Shown here: positions 1 to 15,796 of the stretch, piece by piece | Numbering within the stretch: the stretch's first letter is position 1 | How the letters are laid out: each line of letters opens with the position of its first letter | Origin: the human T2T-CHM13v2.0 reference genome, Homo sapiens | Strand: one strand, 5' to 3' | Assembly: GCF_009914755.1 (NCBI RefSeq) | Contig: NC_060945.1 | DNA length: 64,000 nucleotides | Notes under the pieces: model-generated | What the model was told of the DNA's origin: nothing | The model's input: the letters and a program-made list of their open reading frames with translations, nothing else | Databases searched by the model: none | Position numbers and translations under genes: made by a program

Positions 1-779
1 GACATGACCCCACTGTCCCCCGGTGTAGACACAATAGCAGCAAGGAAGACAGCCTGCTAACCTTTCTAGAATCCATTTTTCTCCACACTCCCACACCACG
101 GCCTTCCTTTCTTGCTTCTTACACGCCTGCTGTTAGAAAGATCTTAATTCTGGTGACTGAGGGAAACACAAAATGGTGGCTTATAATCAAATCAGCCCAG
201 AAGCCACTCTGCACCCAAACCTATCACCCGGAGGGACGTGAAAGCTAATTCTTCAAAAGCCAAACACAGTCGTCTCCTTTTCCAAGTCCTGGGATTCAGC
301 TGTCAGGCCTCATGAAAACCATTCTCCTCAAGGTTAAAACCTTAATGCACTGTTTGCACATTGAATCAAAAGAGGTTTGCATAATTAATGGAGCACAGAA
401 AAATCGGGAGACAGAACGCAAAGTAGGTTTTAGGAGAAATAAAAGGCTTGCAGGAGGAAGGCATGCCCTCCTGAGTTTGCTGCACAAGTACAAAGACACC
501 GGTGGAATCAAAAGGCAGGTCATGAGAACCAGCCACAGGGGACCTCTTCCAGCCTTCAGCACAGGGAGGAGAGGAAACAAGACGTCTGGACACTGGGTTT
601 CTGGAGCAATGCTTCCACTGTCCTTCAAATGTGCCTCAAATTGTTCAAGCAAACTCAGAACGTCTCTGCCACGTTCCCTGGAACAATGGAATGTCCTTGC
701 TGAGAAAGGCAGGGAGCAAGACGAAGGCAGGCAGGCAGCATTTCCTCTACAGACAGACACTGCGCAGTGTCCCGCAGCC

Positions 780-1260
780 CCCCAAATTGGGGAGGGATTC
801 CTCGCGTGGCATCAGTAAGGGGCGCTCAGCAGAGGCAGCCTGGCATATGGTGTCTCCAATTTTTTAGTGACAAGTGGCATGTTAGCAGAGCTGCGGAGGA
901 GCGGGGAGAGAGCCGGTTGGTTAATCACTCCCCATTGCCTGCACCCTCAGGCAAAATCATATTGCTTTATGCAGATGAGTTCATAACAGTTTCTTCAATT
1001 TGGCTTTTATAGAAAAAAGCGCCAGCTCCTCGCACTGTGTCAACAGCCACCCGAGGGCCTAGCACTTTACAAGGCGAGTGTATTACTATTTAAAGACCAG
1101 CTTTTAGCTGAACATCAGGGCTGCCTTCAGAGTTTAATTACCGCCCTCCCCATGGGGCCAAATGAGCCATCGACTCCTCCCAAGGGGGTTCTGCTTGGTA
1201 CTGATCTTTAAGTAAGTAAACGCTAAACCAGCTCATCTTAAAGCGCCCACATCTGATTTC
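780..1260. promoter_or_regulatory. Candidate enhancer: repeat-free, CpG-retaining, motif-dense block
   Basis: CTCF-like TCAGTAAGGGGCGCT (812-826); TFAP2-like CCCTCAGGC (944) and CCCGAGGGC (1050); EBF/TFAP2-like CCCCATGGGG (1148) and TCCCAAGGGG (1178); TAATTA (1135); FOX-like TAAGTAAAC (1213). Function is inferred only. Confidence 0.4.
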
Positions 1261-1776
1261 CTGCTCTGCTGCAAGACAGTAGGTGACTGGTAATGACCCG
1301 TGAGCAATTTACAATCCTGGATGTAATTAATCTTCAACTGAAAATAAACCAGTAAAAAAATATATATATATATATATGTACAATATAAAATATATAATAG
1401 AATTTGTATTTCCTTTTCTAAATTATCAGAGAAAGATCTCAATAGCACGTGCAATTTCCTGAAACAATTTCCAATTTTATTACAGCAGTTTTTTTCTTTC
1501 TCCTCTTACTTTCCTTCTCAATTTGCAAAATTGAATAGAATGTGTTTGAAAGGCCAGGGTCACAGCCTTTCTACATCCTCAACAGTGATCATCAAATTAG
1601 TCCTTTTAAAGTACCATTAGGTAGGCATGACTTTGGGATATATAATTGTCCGTTAGAAGACAAATTAACATGTCAATAGTAGTACACAGTGATATTTTAT
1701 CTGAGAGTGGCCCAAAGAATTAAAAATCTAGTGCATTTTCCAAAAGCCATGGAAGAATCAAAATAGGGTAAAACAA

Positions 1777-2049
1777 GGCCGGGCACGGTGGCTCATGCCT
1801 GTAATCCCAGCCTTTGGGAGACCAAGATGGGCAAACCACTTAAGCTCAGGAGTTCAAGACCAGCCTGAGCAACATGGTGAAACCCCATCTCTACCAAAAA
1901 TACAAAAAATTAACTGGGTGTGGTGGTGTGTGCCCGAGGTCCCAGCTACTCTGGAGGCTGAGGCGCGAGGATCACCTGAGCCTGGGAGCCGAGATTGCAC
2001 CATGGCACTTCAGCTTGGGCAACACAGTGTGACCCTGTCTCAAAAAAAA
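1777..2049 (+). mobile_element. Alu (J-type) with small right-arm deletion
   Basis: GGCCGGGCACGGTGGCTCA start, A-rich linker, poly(A). Confidence 0.95.
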
Positions 2050-3096
2050 CATTAAAAATGTCATTTATCTTCTTGTTTTGAGAGAATACCAACAACAAAA
2101 ATATTAAAGATACATACATTTAATTTGTAACATAAACAAGCTTGGCAGAACATTCCTAAGGTGTTGACTGAGTTCCAAACAGACCAAGGTATTACATTTT
2201 CATTCTGGAAAACTCCTGCTGATTCTTCAGTCATTTACTTCGAGATAAAAAAAAACAACAATGCATCCAGGGCTGTGAGGGTCCCACTACTTGCGCTTAG
2301 GAAGAGAACAGCTGAGAACGGTAAGCAGTGGTCCTTACACTACCTTCTCTCAGCATCCATATGACCAAACGAAATAAAACAAAGTTCCCTGATATGTACA
2401 TTTGTGACCCTGAGTTGAATCAGTTATGTCTGTGTTTTAATAGGCTGCCAACCACACTGAGATACTCAGGCAGCATGAAAGGGTATGGAAGACCTAGGTT
2501 CTAGGCCTGTCTCATAAGGTGTTACATTTTGGGACAAGTCATACTTCAGCTCACTCACCTTCATATTTAACAAAGAAATTTAATCTGTTATATTGACGTT
2601 TGGAAACCCCAGCTAAGCTAACAGGGAGAAGGGCTGTGGTGAAATGGTGGTGATGAACAAACCTCTTAGAGGTACATCATGCAAGACGAGATAAATAATA
2701 CTGTTAACTACCAGTCTCTAAGCTGAGAAAATGTGCTGGCTAAGTCAACAGGTTGCTGTATCCTTTACACACTGACATAAATGCTGAAATGAATGAAATA
2801 ATGAAAAGCTAAGCAAAGAGTCTTGCTTTATGGAGGATCCATGGAGCATCAAGCCCTACGCTTGGTATTTTGAGTTCTTGACGTTACTTACAAATGAAAA
2901 GAACCCTACCAAAATACTAGTCCTACCTATAGGAAATGTCCGACATCACCCAGCTAGTCATTGGTATCTGGATCCCAGATCCACACCAACACCGAGCCCC
3001 AGGCCTGACACTCAACTCAACCAATATCCTTTCTCTGGGCCGTCCTGCCTCCCAGGGCTTTCTGCTGTTCAGCCATCTACTCAAAAATATTTTACT

Positions 3097-3398
<302 letters not shown>

Positions 3399-3527
3399 TC
3401 AAAATTGCCACCAAGTGTCTCAATCCTTGCAATTGTCCCTTAGGACAGACCCTTCTTTCCATTCAACAAGGTATTCCGAACAAACACATTACGTCTTTGT
3501 GGATATTTCTCTAGAGTAGTAGTAGCT

Positions 3528-3906
3528 ATTAAAAGAAAAACTTTAGACAAATTTAACAGAGTTTAATTGAGCAAAGAATGATTTGAGAATTGGGCAGCCT
3601 CCAGAACCATAATATGTTCAGAGTAACTGAGGGACTGTCACATGGTTGGGATAACATTTATGGACAGAAAAAGGAAAGTGAGGTAGACAAAAGGGACGAG
3701 AGGCACAGAAACAGCAGCGCTGCTTACAGGCTTATTTGAGCTCAGTTTGAATAGTTGGATGCAAGTGATTGGCTGAAACTGGGATGCTGTGATTGGCTGA
3801 GACTCAGCTACTTGTTACAGTGTAGATTACAGTCCCTTTACACGTCCAGTTAGATGACAGTTCACTATGTACAGAGAAACCTTTAGGTCAAACTTAAAAA
3901 ATGTAG
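3528..3906 (-). mobile_element. MER57-family ERV1 LTR, split by MER4 (remnant resumes at ~4829-4845)
   Basis: Resembles reverse MER57 (TTAAAAGAAAAACTT...GAGTTTAATTGAGCAA; repeated GATTGG boxes). Confidence 0.7.
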
Positions 3907-4828
3907 TGTTAATGAAAAAAGCCAAACTGAAATATTTAAAGAGGTTTATTCTGAGCCAAATACCAATGACCATGGCCTGAGGCATAGTCTCAAGAAGTCC
4001 TGAGTACATGAGCTGCAGGTGGTTGGGTTACAGCTTGGTTTTACACGTCTTAGGGAAACATAAGACATCAATCAATACATGCGAGGTATACATTGGTTCA
4101 GTCCAGAAAGGCAGGACATCTTGAAGTGGGTGGGGGTGTTGCTTACAGGTTATAGGTGGATTCAAAGAGTTTCTGATTGACAATTGGTTGGAATTGTCAA
4201 TTATTCCAACCAATTATTATCTAAAGACCTGGAATCAGTAGAAAGAAACTGTCTGGATTAAGATAAGGGGTTGTGGAGACTGAGGTTCTTATTATGTAGA
4301 TGAAGTCTCATAGGTGGCTGCCCTTAGAGACAATAGATAGCAAATGTTTCCCCTTCAGACTTTTAAAAGGTGCTAGACTCTCTGTTAATCTCTTCAGGAT
4401 TGGGAGGGCCTGGAAGATGAAAGATCTAGTTATGTTAATAGGGATTCCTTACAGGTGCAAAATTTCCCCCACAAAAGACAGCTTTGCAGAACCATTTCCA
4501 AAATATGGCAAGGAAAGATATTTTGGGGTAAAATATTTTGATTTCCTTCTTTATCTGTCATGTGATATTATACTAAAGTTAGGTTGGAATTTGGTATCTT
4601 ATTGCTATGAAGAATCTTTCTGTCCATCTTAGGATCTCTATTTTAATGTTAATGCTGCTCAGTCGTGTCTAAACTCCAAAAGGCAGAGTGTATAATGAGA
4701 CATGTCTGATGGCCTCTCTTCCTGTCATGGCCTGAACTACCTTTTCAGGTTTCCTTGGGTCCCTTTGGCCAAGAGGGTGTGTCCATTCAGTCAGCTGGGG
4801 GGCTTAGACTTGTATTTTTTGGTTTACA
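3907..4828 (-). mobile_element. MER4-family (MER4D-like) solo LTR
   Basis: TG...CA termini (TGTTAATG / GGTTTACA), MER4-type internal sequence, imperfect TSD GTAG/GTAA. Confidence 0.8.
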
Positions 4829-4887
4829 GTAAGGAGGCAGCTGATGTAAAGAGATAAACTCAGAAAAATTGTAAGAGTTCTATTTCC

Positions 4888-5177
<290 letters not shown>

Positions 5178-6867
5178 GAGTTCTCTTCCCTTCCTAGACC
5201 CTTCCAATGAATGAGACAGATTCCTTGGGTTCACAGAGGGAGTTAAGAAGAGCTGCCTTTAGCACACTGCATTTCTCAAATCTGATTCAACTGGAAACTC
5301 AAGTAGTCTAGAAATAGGGGTTTACTGAGGAAGATCTGTATATCTCCCATTGCTGCAGTGTGGGAAACATCTAGAATGTGCCACACTCACTGTCCTGAAA
5401 TCTTCTATGTGTTAGAAATGTTTCTATCTTCTTCACCAATCACCTATTCTATCTCAGCTATTCCACCTGTGTGCTGCTGCCAAAGGTTGGCAGCTTCATC
5501 TACTTTCCATCTGAACCAGATCTGAAACTACATTTAAATCTAACACAGCTGACCAAATCTACATGAAAATTCTTATCTAGATGAATTAGCATATACACAA
5601 TGTTTATGTATTTTCACCTACCTTCATGAACTAATTTCACCATAATTGATGCCACATAAATAGTTTTGAGACTACAATTACATGTTTTACACTTAAAAAG
5701 CTTTCATTTCACCCAATATAATAATGGGCATTATTTTCTATGCTTAAGGACTGAAGTATTACAGCAATTGTAGTAAAAAAGTAAAACATTATACAGCTCA
5801 TGTGGAAACAGCTTTCTAATTTTTTAAGACTAAGATTAGGATGCAAATCCAACCCGGAAATTGAACCATCACTAAGCATCTTTGTTCATCTGATCACTGC
5901 TCAAAACCATCTGCACTGAATTGTAAGATATTAATAACAAACCGTTTAACAATCAGCTAGGATTAAAGGACAAAGCCTCTTAGGGACAGTTTCTATTGGT
6001 GGATTTTAAAAATAAAAGAAGAAACAGCACAAGTCACATTTCTTTCTAGATTGTAGAACTCCACAAAATGTTTTTGTTTATATATTTAAGCAGTGCTTTT
6101 ATGAAAGTACCACTGGACTTACCTTTTATGTCTTGGAAAGGGCATATGTAGTATCTGAGGATCAAGTTCTTCTGAAAATTTCCAGCAACTTTTAGAGATC
6201 AACTCAATGACAGTATGTCATTCAAATCAGCATTTTATATTGAAAGGCCTGTGGTGATAATGTGGAAATCCACCAGGATTCCCCTGATGCAAGGTTTCAG
6301 GAGGTATCAGTTATTTGTGTACAGGACACATCCCAAGGCCCTGCAAGAAGGCCCCTGCATTACAATGTATAATGTAAGAAAATTCAGATGTGTCTAACTC
6401 TTTGCAAACAAATAAGATTTTTACATATATATCATTAACCAAATATACCTTTAATTTTTTAACCAATCCTTCCTCTTCTAGCCAACAACTGTGATATCTA
6501 AATGCTTCTCACTCTTCATTCCCAAGATAACACATCCGTTTGCACCCAAAAGTATATTGCAAACACCTGCCAGCAATTCATGCTTCAATTCTCAAATCCA
6601 TTTCAACCTGTAAATTTTTCTTCTGAATTATTTTTTTTAACATTCTGTGACAGAGTCATAGGATCACTAAAACAAGACTGTTAAAAATAAAAGGTTCATG
6701 AAAGATCACCTAGTTCCATTTTCTCATTTATCATATGACAAAACTGAGGCCCAACAGGTTACGTGACTTATCCTCCTCAGAGCAAAGCCAAGCGGAGGAG
6801 GAAACAAAAAATCCCAGATCTTGAATCAGGGTGCTTGTCATTGTTGTCATTTGTAGAGGTATTGTTT

Positions 6868-7030
6868 AAGACAGGGTCATGCTAGATGTCCAGGCTGGAA
6901 TGCAGTGGCTATTTACAGATGTCATAACGCTTACTACAACCTCAAACTCCTGGGCTTAAACAATCCTCCCGCCTCAGTGTCCTTAGTAGCCAGTAGCTGG
7001 GACTACAGGCATGCATCACCATGCCTGGCT
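6868..7030 (-). mobile_element. FAM (fossil Alu monomer)
   Basis: Monomer retaining the 7SL-derived GCAGTGGCTATT.ACAG segment absent from dimeric Alu. Confidence 0.75.
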
Positions 7031-7739
7031 GTTTGTTTTGATTGTTAGTTTTTTTTTTTTTTTTTAATGCGACAAATTGTTGGATTAAACGAATTAAAAA
7101 CATTTTAGAACATAACTGCAAACAATAAAATTAGACTGCTTCTGCTAAGTCTTACTTAGGTGCAAGATCCAGGGGAAAGGGCAGCTATCATTCTTACAAA
7201 AATGGAAAGATAGTTTAAATCCTGGAAATACTTGTCTCTGACTAGGAATGTTTTCCCCTGGCCAGTACCATGGGGAAAGTTCTTCTGTGGACCTAGCCTT
7301 TCAGGGACCCCTCAAGTCCTTCACCTTGTGGACAATTTTGGGGAAATGAGCCAATTTCGACAGTCATCTAGTCAACAGTAACAGGAATTCCATTGTGTAC
7401 TGAATATAGTACTGAGTAAAGAATATGAGTAACAAATCTCAGAAAAGTATATATTACAGAGACGGTTATCCACTCACATAGGGGGAGACATACTCTCCTC
7501 CTATGCTGTATTGCACTAAATTATTTTTTAAAATTATAGAGGTAATTCCTATTTTTAGGTATTCTTAGAAGATGACAGAACAAACTATATGTAAAATATA
7601 AAATGGATTTTGGTAACCTTCTGGAGGATACTAAGTGTAATCTCTGCTCCCATAATATTTCATTTTTGTTTTTATGTTTTTGTAACCACTAACATGTTGT
7701 ACTGGAATTTAACACTTGACACATGGTATTGAAATTGTT

Positions 7740-7900
7740 TATTTTCTTGGTGATTTCCCCCATTACATTGTGAGCCCCTTAAAGACAATGTTTTATTAAT
7801 TTTCCAGTAGGTAGCACCAAGCCCAGTACCTAGTGCACAGAAGGCATTCAGTAAATGGTGGATGAATTAACAAATAAAAGAATGAGTGAGTGAGTGAATG
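7740..7900 (+). mobile_element. L2 3' end fragment
   Basis: ...GCACAGAAGGCATTCAGTAAATG... followed by TGAA/TGAG tail. Confidence 0.6.
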
Positions 7901-8477
7901 AAATGATGCATATTTTATATTTCAAAAATCTTTATAGTTTATACACGATTAACTTGAATATTTTAAATTCAATATTCAGGCATTCCTATCCTCACTTTCC
8001 AGAAAGCCTGATGATGTTAAGTAACTAGCTCAGGGTCTCACATCCATTACATGAGAAAGCCAAATCTAGAATCCAGATGGCATTCCATTTGCTTGGGGAA
8101 CACAGGGAAGAAAAAAGCACACGTGATCTTGAGCATTTAAAACACAGCTCTTTAATCAGGCAGATATTTTCCAGATGCCTATAAAAATGTTTTGATAGTA
8201 ACATCCAAAGAAAAATAGTCATTCCTCATTACCAGAACCCAATGATATGTCATTTCCACAGTACTGAGTTTTTGAGGCACTAGTAATTGGCTTCTGAAAC
8301 CTTCTAAATATCAAGATCGAGTAATGATATTTAATGATGCCAAAATAAGAATCAGAATGAAATTTTAAACCCACATTATATTGTATTTAATTATAGAAAA
8401 TGACATATTAACTTCCTCATATAAAACGTTTATTCTAAATGTGAATGCAGAACATTTTGTCAAATTTCAAACCAACG

Positions 8478-8790
8478 TTTTTTGTTGTTGTTTGTTTTTT
8501 AAGACACAGCATCTGATTCTGTCACCCAGGCTGGAGTTCATTAGTGCAATCATAGCTCACTATAACCTCAAATTTCTGCTCCCAAGTGATCATCTTGCCT
8601 TAGCCTTCTGAGTAGCTGGCACTACAGGTGTCCACCACCATGCTTGGCTAATATTTTTTTTAATTTTTTGCAGCGATGGGGTCTTGCTATGTTGTCCTGA
8701 CTGGTCTTGAAGTCTTATCCTTAAGTAATCCCCCTTCCTCGGCCTCCCAAAGTGCTGGGATTACAGGTGTGTGAGCCACCATACACAGCT
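8478..8790 (-). mobile_element. AluJ
   Basis: Diverged antisense dimer. Confidence 0.9.
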
Positions 8791-9049
8791 CAACTGAGGT
8801 AGGGGGATTACTTGAGGACAAGTTGGGTGAGAGAGGTACCTGTTAGAAGATACTGTTAAATGTTCCAGAAAAATTCTGTCAGTAAGAAAAATAGAGTGTA
8901 TAGAAGAAAAAGTGATGTTTAATATTTGCTTAAATTTTCTCTGCACTTTTTCTACCTCCAAACCAAATCACTATATAGAATAATCACCTTTGAGGAAAGA
9001 CACGTCTAATAATGTTTATAATATTCAGAAGATGAGATTCTATGTATTT

Positions 9050-9962
9050 AGTTTACTCTTGAACAAAGCCACAGTGTCCAGTCCCCACACAGTTAAAAAT
9101 ATATGTATAAATTTTGACTCCCTCAAAACTTAACTACTAATAGTTTGCTATTGACTGGAAGCCTTACTGATAACAAAAACAGGCAATTAACACATATTTT
9201 GTATGTTATCTGTATTAAATACAGTGTTCTTACAATAAAGCAAGCTAGAGAAAAAAACGTTATTAAGAAAATTGTAAGGAAGAGAAAATATACTACTATA
9301 TGTCTTAGTCTATTTTGTATTGCTATGACAGTATACAGAGGTCTGGGTAATAATTCATAAAGAAAAAAGGTTTATTTGGCTCACAATTCTGATAGCTGGA
9401 AGGTTCAAGATTAGGCATCTGGTGAAAACCCCAGACAGCTTCCACTCATGGTGGAAGGCAAAGGGGAACCAACTGTGTGAAGATCACATGGAGACAGAGG
9501 AAGTCAGAGAGAGAGAGGGGGGAGGTTCCAGACTCTTTTTAAATATCAGCTCTGGAGGGAGCTCACAGAGTGAGAACTCACTCACCCCTGAGGGATGGCA
9601 TTAACCTATTTATGATGGATCCACCCCCATGACACAATACCTCCTACTAGGCCCCACCTCCAACATCAGGGGTCAAATCTCAACATGAGGTTTGAAGGGA
9701 ATAAATATCCATATCATAGCACTATTCATTAAATGGAGGTGGATCATCACAAAGTTCTTCATCCTCATCATCTTCTCATTGAGTAGGCTGAGGAAGAGGA
9801 GGGGTTGGTCTTGCTGTCTCTGGGGTGGCAGAGGTGGGAGAGGTGGAGAAGGTGGAAGGGGAGGCAGGAGAGGCAGGCACACCCAGTGTAAGTTTTACTG
9901 AAAAATATCCACATATAAGTGGACCTGCACGGTTCAAACCCATGTTGTTGAAGGGTCAACTG
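9050..9962. mobile_element. Tigger2a/MER28-like DNA transposon, interrupted by an MST LTR
   Basis: TIR ...TTGAAGGGTCAACTG followed by TA; characteristic GAGGAAGAGGAGGGG internal block. Confidence 0.75.
9301..9721 (-). mobile_element. MST-family MaLR solo LTR
   Basis: TGTCTTAGTC...CATAGCA termini; TSD CTATA/CTATT. Confidence 0.8.
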
Positions 9963-9977
9963 TATATCAATATTTAC

Positions 9978-10684
<707 letters not shown>

Positions 10685-11041
10685 ACTGATACATATATAC
10701 ACACGCACTGATATCTCACTAGACCATGCCAAGAAAGACCCAACAATGTGGATCAACAGGATTTTGCTACAAATGTTAGCAATACCTGTTTACTGATCCT
10801 ACAGTATCTTATTGTGTAGCTTCACTTAATATATTTGGCGTTGGGCATGTAAAAGGTTTTCAAAAGACCTTGTATATTTGCATAGATAATATACTTCCAT
10901 AACTAGTAGCCAAGGATCATCGGTAAATTAGTTTCCATGTCTTTCATTAGTCTCAGATACTTTCCATCACATATTTCTATCACTGAGAAAAACAGGTTAT
11001 CATTTGATTATCTCTTTATCAGTTGTCATTAAAATGATCTA

Positions 11042-11301
11042 GAGGCCGAGATGGGCAGATTACGAGGTCAGGAGATCGAGACCATCCTGGTCAACACGGT
11101 GAAACCCCGTCTCTACTAAAAAATACAAAAAAAATAGCTGGGCATGGTGGCGGGCACCTGTAGTCCCAGCTACTCAGCAGGCTGAGGCAGGAGAATGGCA
11201 TGAACCTGGGAGGCGGAGCTTGCAGTGAGCCAAGATCGCACTACTGCACTCCAGCCTGGGCGACAGAGCAAGACTCCATCTCAAAAAGAAAAAAAAAAAA
11301 A
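11042..11301 (+). mobile_element. 5'-truncated AluY
   Basis: GGAGATCGAGACCATCC; TSD AAAATGATCTA/AAAATTATCTA. Confidence 0.9.
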
Positions 11302-12022
11302 ATTATCTAAGTTAATTTCACTTATAAAGCACAGACTCCTATCTAGTAAGTCAATCTATAGAATGAGAGAGTGAATTATGTTTTAAATAAACAGAGCAGT
11401 CTGCAAACGGATAATCAAATGATCTGGGATCCCACCAGTCATATCTCATTTAGAGCAAGACAGAAACATTGATAGTTCTCTTCATAGCTTATGCATCAAT
11501 AAAAATATTAGATACACTTTTCTTTTTTACACTTATTTTCAAAGAGATGGTTCACTTTCTCTCTGTATATTGTAAATCCTTCAATGTTATTTTTACCAAG
11601 TTTTTGTCCCTTTTCACAAACCATCCTCGTTATTTTTATCACCACTGGAATTGATTTTAAAAGCTTGATTATTCTTGACAGGGCACAGAGGAATGTCCTT
11701 CACTACGTACGCCAGGATGAAGTGAATTTATAAGCCCACAAGTAGATCTGATAAGCATGCAGAAATCATTTGTATTATGTGCATAAAACAGTGCCCGATT
11801 AAAGGACAGTCACATTTTCTTCTGACAAAATGTCTGTGGCACTCCAGAAAACAGGCTTTATTTTTTAAGGTTTACCTCATAATGAAACAAAGTTTGAAGT
11901 GGAAACTCTTAAAATGCACAGGTAGGAGATGCAATGATACAATCCAATGCAATAAAATAAAATAAAACCATGAATGAGCACATTTGGAAGAATGAATTCT
12001 CCAGTTAAAGATAGTACAAGTA

Positions 12023-12360
<338 letters not shown>

Positions 12361-12576
12361 TTAAGAGAAACAGCCTCTCATATTTGAGCACCTCTCAGGA
12401 TCCACATAGGTATAGAAACAGAGTTCATTAGAAGTTTATGTTGTAGTTCTGGGATCTCATTTACACAAAACACACAAATTTGCAAACATAAATATCAATG
12501 ATTCGGGACCTATAAGTCATATAGAAGTCAGCTTATTGCAACATCTATTGAAATGAAGCAGTTCTAAGATACTTAA

Positions 12577-12935
<359 letters not shown>

Positions 12936-13369
12936 AATTTTCTGTCTTTTGAACTAAACACTTGTGCTTAAATTCTCACCCACGATTGCTCTTTCTACAC
13001 TAAAATGTGAAGATGTAGGAGCAGAGAGGCAGCATTTGCAGGGAGACCATGCATGTTGTCTCAATACAAGGAAGGCTCTTCTGTTGCTCCAGGAAATTAG
13101 TTGCCCTGGATGTAGGAGTTACCTAGAGAAGCTCAGACAGAGGCTGGAAGATAAGCAGTCAGGTAGGCAGGTGGCTCCAGGGGGACCCCCTGTGTGGGGT
13201 GGAAAGCTGGAGGTAAGGATCCGGAAATTCCTGGCCAGCTCTAGATTTCACAACACCACGTTCCCCATGTTCCCGGGGAATATTCACAAGAACCCTGATG
13301 CCGATGTCCACCCCATCCGTACTGAACCAGGTTTGCACATCGGTGTTTTCAGTCTACCCGTTGTTAATA

Positions 13370-13803
13370 CAGCGACTCCTCGACTTACAGTGGGATTATG
13401 TCTGGAGAAACTCATTGTAAGTTGAAAATATCACAAGTCAAAAGGCATTTAATACCTCTAACATACTGAACATCATAGCTTAGCCTAGCCTACTTGAAAT
13501 GTGCTCAGAACACTCACATTAGCCTACAGTTGGGCAAAATCACATCCAAAAAAAGCTGGCAACACAATGCATTGTAGAGTACCGGTTGTTTGCCCCCGTG
13601 ACAGTGTAGCTGACTGGGGATTGCAGCTTGCTGCCTCTGCCCAGCATCAAAAGAGAGTATGGAACCACATATTGCTAGCCCGGGTAAAGATCTAGTTTGA
13701 AATCTGAAGTATGGTTTCTACTGAATGCATATCACTTTCACACCACGGTAAAGCCAAATATTGTCATAGTAAAGTCAAACCATCATTGCTCAAGGACCAT
13801 ATG
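13370..13803. mobile_element. MER47/Tigger5-family DNA transposon
   Basis: CAG...CTCCTCGACTTAC start; CATCATAGCTTAGCCTAGCCTAC signature. Confidence 0.75.
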
Positions 13804-14958
13804 CTTATGTAAAAATCCCAGAAAACAACTTGAGGGTGTCCACTTTGTTTATGAGGATTACATTAAGTGTCGTATGTTAACAAACATTGACAAATGATGC
13901 TTTGGGGAAAGAAGGAAAACTCTGAAACGGCTAAATTTCACTAATATTACCAATATTAAATAGCATAGTGTATTTGGTAAGAGCATAGGCTTTCGATTGA
14001 TAAGGAGCCAGGCTTCATTTCCACACCTATCTAATGACCTAAACTACAGGTGTGGTAACAGTGATGATGGTAACAGTCTAAAATGGCAACCCAGTAGTTC
14101 AGATTCAATGTGCCTGCACCCAGCACCCCCTGGTGTTAACTTACCCTACAGTCAACAGTTCTTTTCAGGGTACATGAATCCTTTGAAATATAACCTACAA
14201 AATATAGATTCCTGTGTGTATGCTGACTACACGTCGTTCCATTATTTTCTCACCGGCAGAAAGTTCTTAGGAATAATGTAAACTCACTTGTTTTCATTTG
14301 TCTATTTCCCCTAACTTTGTTTTCATGGTGACAGGCCACTGGTTCCTGACCTGCTATTTGAGACAATTTATATGATCATCCTTTAGCTTCTGCTTCATTC
14401 AGTGATACCCCATTTCCTCTATTTTCCTCTGGCTTTTCTTCAAATGGTTTATATTTTAATAAAACGTGGGGTTTGTGAAGGTTTTTGAAAATGAGACGGT
14501 TTTCTTATCTTTCTCTTTCCTTTTTTGTTTCAATCTTAGGTCTGAGCCCAGATCTCCCAACGACATGCTTTCATGAAACAATAATGACGAGACCGAGTGA
14601 ACTAAGCTGTCTTCAGTTTTGGAGATGCAGAGGCAACACTGGCAGTTCCTGACATCACTTAAGGGAAAACAAAGCTAGGGGCAAAAATACTAAGGCAGCC
14701 TAGATTTGGGGGCCCTTTGTATACACTCCAATTTTTAAAATAACATCTGGGCATACTTCTCTTTTAAACTCTTCAATCCACATATTTTTCATTATTAAAA
14801 AGTGACTTCGGTGACATTTTCAAACACTAAACAAACTTAGCCATATGTCCATTTCACTGACTTTCCCCACATCGTGGTCTCTCCTTATAAGGGATGGGTT
14901 CCACTCTTGGGCTCAAATGTTTTGCTTTTCTGTGTCTGCTCAACTAACACACCCCTCC

Positions 14959-15324
14959 TGATATGGTTAGGCTTTGTGTCCCCACCTAAATCTCATCTTG
15001 ATTGTAATCCCCAGGTGTTGAGGGATAGAGCTGGTGGGAGGTGACTGGATCAATGCAGTAGTTTCCCCCATGCGGTTCTCATGATAGTGAGTGAATTCTC
15101 ACGAGATCTGATGGTTTTATAAATGTTAGTTTTTCCCAGACTCTCACATGCTCTCTCACCTTCTCTCTCAGGCCATGTAAGATGTGCCTGCCTCCCCTTC
15201 CGCCATGATTGTTAAGTTTCCTGGGGCCTCCCTAGCCATGTGGAACTGTGAGCTAATTAACCTCTTTTCTTTATAAATTACCCAGTCTCAGGCCGTTCTT
15301 CATAGCAATGTACTTCATAATACA
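14959..15324 (+). mobile_element. THE1/MSTA MaLR solo LTR
   Basis: TGATATGGTT...TAATACA; 5-bp TSD CCTCC. Confidence 0.9.
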
Positions 15325-15796
15325 CCTCCCTAGACACACCACTCACTCAGAGAAAGCTCAGCATCATGTTTACTGTGTAATTTCTCCTCACTAGTCATTT
15401 GCTATTTATTTCTCTCACATCATCATCTCTTCCTGAACTGATTTTTCTACTACCTCTGAAAATAACAGCTCATTAGAAAGTGATCAGAGATTGAGTGAGC
15501 AATTGAATATAATTACACAAAATTATACAGACCTTAAACCAGACGCTCTGCTATGTGTATGAGCCTGGGAAAGCCAAAGCCCTGTATTTCAGTACCCAGT
15601 GCTGCTGGAGGTCACTATTGTGGCCCTAAAAGGGAAAGAGGAAATGATCCCTGGCTGCAATGCTCACAAAAACTACTTGGATCCTGCCCTAGAAAAAGGA
15701 CCAGAGACAGAAAGGGCAGCAATACGTCTGTCGCCTGCACGACATGCACTAAAAGTCAACGGCTAGGAGAGAGAGATGCAAAAACAAAGCATCTTA

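Noticed and set aside
296-818. Overlapping 168-aa (+) and 154-aa (-) ORFs in unique DNA
   Set aside because: No recognisable domain or homolog; lengths are within chance expectation for GC-richer DNA
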